A DNA stretch of 64,000 nucleotides from an uncultured bacterium (GTDB lineage: Bacteria; Cyanobacteriota; Cyanobacteriia; Cyanobacteriales; JAABRE01), in the NCBI GenBank assembly GCA_964413275.1, contig CAYPSO010000010.1, positions 1,575 through 65,574 on the forward strand, written 5' to 3'. The notes under the pieces were generated by a model. That model was not told where the DNA came from and did no database searches. It saw nothing but the letters and a program-made list of their open reading frames with translations. Both the position numbers and the translations under genes were made by a program. Shown one piece after another: positions 49,430 through 57,762 of this stretch; the stretch's first letter is position 1, and the number at the start of each line of letters is the position of its first letter.

Positions 49430-50245
49430 TTATTTTGATAGGGAAAGAGTTGCCTTTTCGGTTATCTCTTCTAAAATTTTAGAATCTGGAGTTATATTTT
49501 GGCTATTGTCTCTCATCCATAATAAATACTCAATGTTACCAGCAGGGCCTGTGATGGGAGACCAAGTTAAATCTTGATAATACCAACCTAAGTTTTCTGC
49601 TACTTTTAATACTTGTAAAATTGCACTAGCTTGATCCTGACTATTACGCACTACGCCTTTTTTACCGACTTTTTCTCGCCCTACTTCAAATTGAGGTTTT
49701 ACGAGTAAAATAATTTCTTTAGGGGATTTTAATAAATTCCAAAGTGGCTCTAGGACTTTAGTTAAGGAAATAAAAGATAAATCCATTACCCCTAAATCGG
49801 GCTGTGGTTTTTCTTGACCGTATAAGCCAAGGGGAGTGAGATAGCGAAAATTAGTTCTTTCTTTTAAAATAACTCGGCTATCTTGACGAATAGTCCAAGC
49901 AACTTGTCCGTAACCCACATCAACACCGTAAACTTTCTGCGCCCCTGCTTGTAATAAACAATCGGTAAACCCCCCTGTAGAAATGCCACCATCAAGGCAG
50001 ATACGCCCCTCTACACTTATTTGAAAGGTATCTAGGGCTTTTTTAAGCTTATCACCCCCACGAGAGACGTAAGCAGGTTTTTCTTGGAGTTCGATTTGTG
50101 CATCGGTGGCAACTTCTGTACCGGGTTTGTCAATGATTTGTTGATTGACTTTTACTTCTCCCGCACGAATCAACCTTTGTGCTTTTTGACGGGATTCACA
50201 AAGGTTTAAGGTTACTAATAGGTTGTCAATTCGTTCTTTACTCAA
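49430..50245 (-). CDS. tlyA: TlyA-family rRNA methyltransferase
   Basis: KERIDNLLV, YVSRGGDKL, LDGGISTGGFTD, DVGYGQ, LVKPQFE, GNIEYL. Confidence 0.9.
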   Translation of the reverse strand: MSKERIDNLLVTLNLCESRQKAQRLIRAGEVKVNQQIIDKPGTEVATDAQIELQEKPAYVSRGGDKLKKALDTFQISVEGRICLDGGISTGGFTDCLLQAGAQKVYGVDVGYGQVAWTIRQDSRVILKERTNFRYLTPLGLYGQEKPQPDLGVMDLSFISLTKVLEPLWNLLKSPKEIILLVKPQFEVGREKVGKKGVVRNSQDQASAILQVLKVAENLGWYYQDLTWSPITGPAGNIEYLLWMRDNSQNITPDSKILEEITEKATLSLSK

Positions 50246-50254
50246 TTTTTTATT

Positions 50255-50300
50255 ATTAGCGATTAGCGATTAGCGATTAGCGATTAGCTTTTAGCAATTA
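50255..50300. repeat. Heptamer tandem repeat (ATTAGCG x4 plus degenerate copies)
   Basis: attagcg attagcg attagcg attagcg attagct tttagca. Confidence 0.85.
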
Positions 50301-50321
50301 TCTCCTGACTTCTGTATTGTT

Positions 50322-52058
50322 TTAATAATGGTTGCCTGATTTGCGGTGATGAATCGCTGTAACTCCTTCATCTTTTAATAAATTGCCTTTTTGGGCAACT
50401 GCATAAATTAACCAGTGATCCCCACATTCCATGCGGTTTTCTACTCGACATTCTAAATAAGCTAGGGCATCTTTAAGAATAGGACAACCATTTTCTGCGG
50501 TTTCCCAATTTACTTCTGTAAAACGATCTTCTCCGGGGGCAAAGGGTTTGAGAAACTGTTTCATTAGGGATATATGATTTCCCTGTTGCAAGATATTAAT
50601 CACAAATTGATTGCCGGAATACATTAAAGATTCGATCGCCCTTTCTTTGGCAACTGCTACAGTAAAACCGGGGGGATTAAAAGTTGCTTGGGATACCCAA
50701 GAAGCTAACATTGCACCTTTAACTTCTTCTTGTTGAGTGGTGACAACACATAATGAACCGACAATTCTTCCTAATGCTTGGGTAGTTCTGTCGCTTTGAG
50801 ATGTGGTATTAACGCTTTGTTTTGCTTGTTTATTTTTAACGGTTTTTTTAATAGCTTGAGCGAAATCTGTTCCGGCTTCTTCACAAGTTTTCAGAATAGC
50901 ATCTGTGGGTTTAAATTTTACTCGAATTGTCTCAAAACCGAAACTATAACCGGCATCTTTAAATTTATTTTCTAATAAATCTATGGCTTCTCCACTCCAA
51001 CCAAAAGAACCAAATACTCCGGCTAATTTATCTTTAGTAGCATTAGCTAATACTAGACCTAAAGCAGTTTGAATTTGGGTGGGTGCGTGTCCTCCTAAAG
51101 TTGGTGAACCCATGATAAATCCTGCACTTTTTTCAATGGCATTTTTTATTTCTGTGGGATCGGCAGTTTCCGCATTAAGGGATTCTACACCAACTCCTGC
51201 TTTAGTAATACCACGAGCGATCGCATTGGCTAAAGTTCCGGTATTGCCATAGGCAGAGGCATAAATTAAGGCCACACTCAAACTTTTTGACTTTTGTTCT
51301 TGTAACCATTCCTGATAGTTAGCTGTTAATTCATGGAGTCCATATCTAACTAAAGGGCCATGACCTGTCGCATAAATTTGTGCGTCTTTTTCTGTTAATT
51401 TTTCTAGGGAATTTGTTATTTGTTTAGCATAAGGTGCAATGACACAATCAAAATAATATCGCCTATCTTCTTGATAAACTATCCAACCTTCATCTAATAC
51501 TTGTTCCCCACAAACATGGGCAGCAAATAATTTATCTGTATATAAAATTTGTGTTGAGCGATCGTAGGTGCATAAAAGGTCTGGATAACGAGGATTAGGA
51601 GTATTAATAAATTCAAGATTGTGATTATTTCCTAAGTCTAAATTATCTTCTCCTTTAACTATTTTAATGTTTAATTCTTGATTTTCTAATATTTTTCTTA
51701 AAGAGATAGCCGCAGGATTAGAACAAACAATGGTAATTTGTGGAGCTAATTCTAGGAAAGATTTAATTGTTACACTACGATTAGGGTTGACATGACCTAA
51801 AATTAAATAGTCAATTGTTTTCGGATCGATACGTTGAGTTAAAGCAGCTAGAAAAATATCAGTAAAGGATTCTCCGGGTGTATCTATTAAAGCTATTTTT
51901 TCTCCTTTAATTAAATAACTATTCGCAGTTGTTCCCCTTTTTAGTCCATATTCTATTTCAAATTTTAAGCGATCCCAAGTACGATTTCTAAAAACTAGGG
52001 TATCTATAGTTAAAGGGTAAACTTGAACATCTTTTGGGTTAGTCATAATCTCATCCAA
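50322..52058 (-). CDS. Flavodiiron (diflavin flavoprotein), Flv1/Flv2 class, most like Flv1
   Basis: RTWDRLKFEIEYGLKRGTTANSYLI, non-canonical HVNPNR metal site, YASAYGNT flavodoxin, flavin-reductase C-terminus. Confidence 0.88.
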   Translation of the reverse strand: MDEIMTNPKDVQVYPLTIDTLVFRNRTWDRLKFEIEYGLKRGTTANSYLIKGEKIALIDTPGESFTDIFLAALTQRIDPKTIDYLILGHVNPNRSVTIKSFLELAPQITIVCSNPAAISLRKILENQELNIKIVKGEDNLDLGNNHNLEFINTPNPRYPDLLCTYDRSTQILYTDKLFAAHVCGEQVLDEGWIVYQEDRRYYFDCVIAPYAKQITNSLEKLTEKDAQIYATGHGPLVRYGLHELTANYQEWLQEQKSKSLSVALIYASAYGNTGTLANAIARGITKAGVGVESLNAETADPTEIKNAIEKSAGFIMGSPTLGGHAPTQIQTALGLVLANATKDKLAGVFGSFGWSGEAIDLLENKFKDAGYSFGFETIRVKFKPTDAILKTCEEAGTDFAQAIKKTVKNKQAKQSVNTTSQSDRTTQALGRIVGSLCVVTTQQEEVKGAMLASWVSQATFNPPGFTVAVAKERAIESLMYSGNQFVINILQQGNHISLMKQFLKPFAPGEDRFTEVNWETAENGCPILKDALAYLECRVENRMECGDHWLIYAVAQKGNLLKDEGVTAIHHRKSGNHY

Positions 52059-52259
52059 TTAATAATTACTAAGAAAATAAATTTTTTATATTTAAGAATA
52101 TTTCTAGTTTACGTGCTACATAAATCAGATCATCTTAAAATGTTGTACATATTTTTTTAAACCTCTCAATTGTAACGTTAAATGTTCATGTACAGTATGT
52201 TAGAGTTAAAAATGTATATAAATAGTCTATTATTGAGACTGTAATAGGAGATAAATCTT

Positions 52260-53726
52260 ATGTCTCAATTCATTAAACATTTAAACGCCATAGGAATACA
52301 TGGAAGATTTGACATAGACCTTAGTTTTCAAGATGGCATTAATATTGTTCATGGTAGCAATGGTACAGGTAAAACAACAATACTTCATATTCTGACTAAT
52401 GGAGTCAATGGAGATTTTAGGCGTTTTGGTTATTTAAAGTTTAAAGAATTAACCATTACACTTGACAATGATACAAAAATTCGTTTGAATCAAGATTGGA
52501 CAGAAAATCCTGATAATACAAAAACGACAGTTGTTATTAATAACAATTATGTAGATTCATATGAATTTAGAGAGTTAAAAATTCATAATAGAACACAAAC
52601 ATTAGATCGTATTGATTTAGAGTTAATATATTCTTTGCGAGAAAAATTAGAATTGAAAGAATTGATTTCTCCAACTAGAAAAAAAATAAAAGATAATCAA
52701 AATAAAAAATATTTTGACTTAAAAGCAACTTATTTTCCTGCTTTTAGGACTATGATTGAAGCATGGGCCACATTAGATGAAAGTGAAATTAGATATGTTG
52801 CTCATAAATCTCCCAATCTAAAAAAACTATTAAAAAGCTCTGAAAAATCAACGGAGTTAGCTCGTATTTTATTTGGTAATTTTGTTCCTCATCTACAATA
52901 TCCTTCTCCTTTAGAAATAGAACAACATATTAATTCAGAATTAATAGAAGCTCAATTAAATATTGCCACTAGTGATAGGAATTTATTATCAGATGCCTTT
53001 GTTCAATCTTTTCAAGCTATATCTAAGTCATCCGATATATCTGATATTGATGAACAACCAGAGGATATTATTAAAAAGATAGAAGAAATTTCTGAGAGAT
53101 TACAAAATTTACCTTTTGAAATTAATGACAATGAACGAGATAATGTTTATGAAAGATTAAGAGAACAATTGCCATCATTTGAGTTGGATTTAGATTCTAA
53201 AAATTTAGCAAAAAAAGTTTTATCTGTATATAAAAAATCTCTTCAAAAAAGATTAGATGAACAAACAAAAGCTTATGCTAATATAGAAAAATATCTAAAA
53301 TCTGTTAACGAGTTTTTAGAAAGAAAAAAACTGGAAATTCATACTAATTTTACTAAAAAATATCCTAAATTAGGTGTAAAAATTGGTAAAGAAAAATCAA
53401 TTCATAGCCTCCAAACCTTATCTTCTGGAGAAAGACAAATAGTTGGTTTAATCTATGCAGCAAGTCATATGATAGATGGTAGAGTTGTTTTGATAGATGA
53501 GCCTGAAATTTCATTGCATATCGATTGGCAACGTAAATTATTGCCAGAGATGACAACACAACTAGGTGATAAACAATTAATTATTTGTACTCATTCTCCT
53601 ATAATAGCTTCTCAATATCAAGATAGAATGATAGAAATTGAACTAAAACCTACATCAGATCAAATTATTGTTGAATATAAAAATAAATTAGAAATATATG
53701 ATGAATTAGATGAAATTCCTTTTTAA
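52260..53726 (+). CDS. ABC-type ATPase (AAA_15/AAA_21-like; AriA/OLD-like)
   Basis: GSNGTGKT, coiled-coil insert, LSSGERQ, LIDEPEISLH, CTHSP. Confidence 0.85.
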   Translation: MSQFIKHLNAIGIHGRFDIDLSFQDGINIVHGSNGTGKTTILHILTNGVNGDFRRFGYLKFKELTITLDNDTKIRLNQDWTENPDNTKTTVVINNNYVDSYEFRELKIHNRTQTLDRIDLELIYSLREKLELKELISPTRKKIKDNQNKKYFDLKATYFPAFRTMIEAWATLDESEIRYVAHKSPNLKKLLKSSEKSTELARILFGNFVPHLQYPSPLEIEQHINSELIEAQLNIATSDRNLLSDAFVQSFQAISKSSDISDIDEQPEDIIKKIEEISERLQNLPFEINDNERDNVYERLREQLPSFELDLDSKNLAKKVLSVYKKSLQKRLDEQTKAYANIEKYLKSVNEFLERKKLEIHTNFTKKYPKLGVKIGKEKSIHSLQTLSSGERQIVGLIYAASHMIDGRVVLIDEPEISLHIDWQRKLLPEMTTQLGDKQLIICTHSPIIASQYQDRMIEIELKPTSDQIIVEYKNKLEIYDELDEIPF

Positions 53727-53762
53727 TGTTTTTTTTACAAATACATCAATTTATATTAGTAA

Positions 53763-54579
53763 ATGAGTGGATTGCAACTAACTCCAAAAGAATATTTGAC
53801 AGCAATTATTATGTCAAACGACCTATTTATCATAGTTGAAGGTTCTGATGACCAAGATTTTTTTACTTTAATATATAATCATCTTCAAAATATTTATATA
53901 AATAACTCCCCAGAAAAGATAAATTTTTTGAAAAAAGTCAGAATTGAGACAACACAACAAATAAAAGGGAGTATAGGAAATAGACAGAAGGTTGAAACTA
54001 TCTGTTTGGGAAGAAACATTTAATAGCTATCCTGTTAGCAGTGTTTATCAAGAAGCATTTGAAATTTTTGCATCTAAGTTCGATGATATTCTGAAAATTT
54101 CTTGTTCCTTAAGTTTAGCTGCTTTATCTGAAGATTTGCTTGGATTAATTCAAAAATCACTGGATTGGAAATATATAAAAATTACATCTCAATCAATTTC
54201 AATAGATATTGAAAAATGGAAAAAAGTTCTTAAATCTCAAAAACTAGATTCAACTCGTATTAATAATCTTGTTAATAAGTTTGAAGAATATTTACAAATA
54301 ACAAATAATCATAATATTGAAATTTCAAGATGGTTATCTCATGGACATATAGGATTAAATTTTATTTTTGCGGTTTATGGTCAATGTCTTTACATAGCGG
54401 CTTTATCCAAAAACAGAAATTCTGATGAAGAAGCAAATAAAATAAATACAAATAAAGATATGCGATTTTCTCTATCAACTAAAGCTTGGATTAACAATAA
54501 TTATTTTGATATTAAAGATAATAAGTATAATGATTTTCCCATCAAATGCTTTAACATTTTGATAGAAAATAATTTATAA
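53763..54579 (+). pseudogene. Split TOPRIM/DUF4435-like protein (two ORFs, 53763-54023 and 53992-54579)
   Basis: IIVEGSDDQDFF TOPRIM start and GNRQKV in ORF1; continuation in the +1 frame; directly downstream of the ATPase. Confidence 0.6.
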
Positions 54580-54670
54580 AAACTCTTAAAAATAGATTTA
54601 CTCCATCTTTGCCCGGCAATGTCTTAGAATAGATTAAGTTTAGAAAATTAGATATTTGATTACTTTTACC

Positions 54671-55762
54671 ATGTCAGTATTGGCGGCGATCGCAGTTTTA
54701 GTTATTTTAATCATAGTTCATGAATTTGGTCACTTTGCAGCAGCACGTCTTCAAGGGATTCATGTTGACCGATTTTCCATTGGTTTTGGGCCAGTTTTAC
54801 TTAAATACCAAGGAAAAGAAACAGAATACGCCGTAAGAGCCTTTCCTTTGGGCGGATACGTCGGATTTCCTGATGACGATCCAGATAGTGAAATTTCCCT
54901 TGACGATCCTAATCTTTTACGTAATCGTCCAGTTTTAGATAGAGCCATAGTTATTAGTGCGGGAGTTATCGCTAACTTAATTTTTGCCTATTTTCTTTTA
55001 GTTGGTCAAGCAGCAACCATCGGTTTTCAGGATATAAATTATCAACCCGGTGTGATTGTACCTCAAGTTTTTTCCGAAAATACCACAGCCGCTTTTCGGG
55101 CTGGAATGGAGTCTAACGATATAATCCTTGCAGTAGATAATCAAGAATTAACGGCATCCTCGGAAGCAATTAATATCCTAAGAGAGAAAATACAACAATC
55201 TCCTAATCAGCCTTTATCACTTAAAATTCAACGGGATACTGAAATTATTTCCCTTAAAATTACACCAGAAATCGGTGGGGATGGTCAAGGTAAAATTGGA
55301 GTAATGTTAGCTCCCAATGGTGAAATTTTTAATAAAAAAGCCCATAATCTTATTGATGCTTTTGCTTTCGGCGCTCAAGAATATCAACGTATTACTAAAT
55401 TAATAGTCCAAGGTTTTAGCCAAATAATTTTTAATTTCCGAGATAGTGCTTCACAAGTTGGAGGCCCTGTGGCTATAGTAGCAGTAGGAGCAGAATTAGC
55501 ACGAAATAATTTAGCAAATTTATTTCAATTTGGGGCTTTAATTAGCATTAACTTAGCAGTTATAAATATTTTACCTTTACCTGCTTTAGATGGTGGTCAA
55601 TTAGCCTTTTTACTTGTAGAAGGATTAAGGGGAAAACCTTTACCTAGCAAATTACAAGATGGAATTATGCAAACTGGGCTAGTATTACTACTCGGTTTAG
55701 GTGTATTTTTAATAGTAAGAGATACTGCTAATTTAACCTTTTTTCAACAACTTTTTCAATAA
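54671..55762 (+). CDS. rseP: RIP metalloprotease RseP
   Basis: HEFGH, FSIGFGP, PLGGYV, ISAGVIAN, PDZ domain, NILPLPALDGG. Confidence 0.95.
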   Translation: MSVLAAIAVLVILIIVHEFGHFAAARLQGIHVDRFSIGFGPVLLKYQGKETEYAVRAFPLGGYVGFPDDDPDSEISLDDPNLLRNRPVLDRAIVISAGVIANLIFAYFLLVGQAATIGFQDINYQPGVIVPQVFSENTTAAFRAGMESNDIILAVDNQELTASSEAINILREKIQQSPNQPLSLKIQRDTEIISLKITPEIGGDGQGKIGVMLAPNGEIFNKKAHNLIDAFAFGAQEYQRITKLIVQGFSQIIFNFRDSASQVGGPVAIVAVGAELARNNLANLFQFGALISINLAVINILPLPALDGGQLAFLLVEGLRGKPLPSKLQDGIMQTGLVLLLGLGVFLIVRDTANLTFFQQLFQ

Positions 55763-55791
55763 TTAAACTTAACTTAATTTAATTTAAAGTT

Positions 55792-55822
55792 AAAAGCAGT
55801 GTGCTAAAATAGCCCTGCTTTT
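55792..55822 (+). terminator. Hairpin after rseP
   Basis: aaaagcag..gcta-aaa-tagc..ctgctttt. Confidence 0.4.
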
Positions 55823-55877
55823 CCTTTAAAAAACTTATATTTGTATCATAGTTAATTTATATTTTAATTAACCCCTG

Positions 55878-56273
55878 ATGACAGATAAATACGGAAAACA
55901 TCAGATAAATATTAATACCGAATTAGCTAGAGAGCGAAATCGTGCAGCAGCAGATCGCACTTTAATGGCATGGATTCGGACTTCATTATCTTTAATTGCT
56001 TTTGGTTTTAGTATTGGTCAATTCTTTGAATTTTTGAAATATTCACAGTTAGAAAAAAATATCGATCCTATTCATAGTTCGAGGATAGTTGGTGTTAGTT
56101 TTATTGTAGTTGGTACTCTCGGATTATTAGCTGCTGTTATCCAACATTGGTATATACTTGAAGCGATAAAAAAACGTCAATATATTTATGTTCCGTCTTT
56201 TCCTTTAACTTTAATTGTAGCAATTTGTCTATTAATTATTGGTTTATTTTCTTTTATTGCTGTTTTATTATAA
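55878..56273 (+). CDS. DUF202/YidH-family membrane protein
   Basis: LARERNRAAADRTLMAWIRTSLSLIAFG. Confidence 0.88.
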   Translation: MTDKYGKHQININTELARERNRAAADRTLMAWIRTSLSLIAFGFSIGQFFEFLKYSQLEKNIDPIHSSRIVGVSFIVVGTLGLLAAVIQHWYILEAIKKRQYIYVPSFPLTLIVAICLLIIGLFSFIAVLL

Positions 56274-56292
56274 TTATCTTTTACCAATAAAA

Positions 56293-56928
56293 ATGCTCAA
56301 GTCAAAAAAACAGCGTGCTAGAAAAATATTGACTTTATTACATCAAATTTATCCTGATGCTACCTGTACTTTAAATTATGAAAGTATAGTACAACTTTTA
56401 GTTGCAACCATACTTTCTGCCCAATGTACCGATGAAAGAGTAAATAAGGTAACTCCTGCATTATTTGCTAGATTTCCTGATGCTTTTTCCCTAGCTAATG
56501 CTGATAGAGAAGAGTTAGAAAATTTAATTCGTTCTACAGGATTTTATCGCAATAAAGCCAAAAATATTCAAGGGACTTGTCAGATTTTAGCTCAAGAATA
56601 TAACGGAGAAGTACCCCAAACTATGCCAGAATTATTAAAACTTCCGGGAGTAGCCAGAAAAACCGCTAATGTGGTTTTAGCTCATGGTTACAGTATTCTT
56701 GAGGGAGTAACAGTAGATACCCATGTTAAAAGACTTAGCCGAAGACTAGGCTTAACCGAAGCTACAGAGCCAGTAAAAATAGAACGGGATTTAATGGCGT
56801 TATTACCTCAACCAGAATGGGAAAATTTTTCAATCCGTATTATTTATCATGGTAGAGCAGTATGTAAGGCTAAAAAACCTGATTGTAATAATTGTCAGTT
56901 AATTGAAGAATGCCCGCAGATAATGTAG
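56293..56928 (+). CDS. nth: Endonuclease III
   Basis: LSAQCTDERVN, LPGVARKTANVV, VDTHV, C-terminal CxxxxxxCxxCxxxxxC cluster. Confidence 0.96.
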   Translation: MLKSKKQRARKILTLLHQIYPDATCTLNYESIVQLLVATILSAQCTDERVNKVTPALFARFPDAFSLANADREELENLIRSTGFYRNKAKNIQGTCQILAQEYNGEVPQTMPELLKLPGVARKTANVVLAHGYSILEGVTVDTHVKRLSRRLGLTEATEPVKIERDLMALLPQPEWENFSIRIIYHGRAVCKAKKPDCNNCQLIEECPQIM

Positions 56929-56980
56929 TTATTTATTATTTGTGTAACTAAAAAACTTTTTTAAACTTTTTTAGCAAATC

Positions 56981-57313
56981 CTATCCCCCAAAAGAAACGT
57001 GTTGATAAGGCTCTCCCTGATGATGAGGGCTGATCTGGATTTTTACTTTGTGATTGAGGCATCTCAAAAAATCAAGAAGTTTATCTGTTGAGAAACGACT
57101 GAAATGACCGTTAAGTAAATGAGAGACTTCAGCCTGTTTAATGTCAAGAAGTTTGCTAATTTCACGCTGTTTCAGGTTTTTTTCTTTTAAAAGGGCTACA
57201 ATATGAAAGCCAATTAAAGCACGTGATTGTAATTCCTCAGCATTTTCCAGTCCAACATCGGCAAAAACATTCCCTGAACTTTCCTCAAATTCAATTTTCA
57301 TCTGCTTTTTCAT
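56981..57313 (-). CDS. XRE-family HTH antitoxin (HigA-like)
   Basis: SSGNVFADVG, LKQREISKLL..QAEVSHL..RFSTDKL. Confidence 0.85.
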   Translation of the reverse strand: MKKQMKIEFEESSGNVFADVGLENAEELQSRALIGFHIVALLKEKNLKQREISKLLDIKQAEVSHLLNGHFSRFSTDKLLDFLRCLNHKVKIQISPHHQGEPYQHVSFGG

Positions 57314-57647
57314 CTTGCGCTAACTCCTTTGCTTCTTTATACCGTTGTTTGATTAAATCTATCTCCTGTTTCGGCGTTTGAATTCCCTTCTTTGACTTTT
57401 TCTGAAAGGCATGAAGAACGTAGATTTTCTCCCCCAACTGGATAGCCTGTACACAACGATAAGCCTCTTTGTCATATTTCAAAGCAATTTCAATAATACC
57501 CGCCCCAATTCCTTTAAATGACTTAGCATCCTTTGGCATACCACCAAATTGAATAAGCTGAAGCTCATCACCGATTAGCTTTCGTACCTCCAAGGGAAAC
57601 CTGAGAATGTTTTTCTTTGAATCTCCAAGCCAGACAATTTGGCGCAA
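57291..57647 (-). CDS. RelE/HigB-like (phage Gp49-type) toxin, toxin-first operon
   Basis: QLIQFGGMP..KSFKGIGAGIIEI, AYRCV, YVLHAFQKKSKKGI. Confidence 0.85.
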   Translation of the reverse strand: MRQIVWLGDSKKNILRFPLEVRKLIGDELQLIQFGGMPKDAKSFKGIGAGIIEIALKYDKEAYRCVQAIQLGEKIYVLHAFQKKSKKGIQTPKQEIDLIKQRYKEAKELAQDEKADEN

Positions 57648-57762
57648 GATTAACTGTCCTTTAATTGATTGAGGAACATAACTAAGTTTATAGGAAATAT
57701 TTTATAAAATCAAGAGTTAGTTTTTAGGCTAGTAATTTCTACTTCTACTGAATCCCGACTCA

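Noticed and set aside
50255-50300. Heptamer arrays (also 1-20, 19748-19775, 25155-25185, 37197-37233, 49355-49378) as possible CRISPR repeats
   Set aside because: 7-bp units with no spacers and no cas genes; typical cyanobacterial short tandem repeats.
53915-53945. Programmed frameshift rescuing the split TOPRIM gene via TTTTTTG/AAAAAAG
   Set aside because: The A-run is not in the X XXY YYZ phase, the required shift is +1 and lies further downstream, and conserved motifs would still be missing.
52260-54579. Absence of HIP1 as proof of horizontal transfer
   Set aside because: At roughly one site per few kb, a 2.3-kb gap is not significant by itself.
45255-57320. 8-nt matches (ATCTGCTT at ~45264 and ~57300) to the second TnpB guide as self-targets
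   Set aside because: Only 8 nt, expected by chance in 64 kb, with no supporting TAM.
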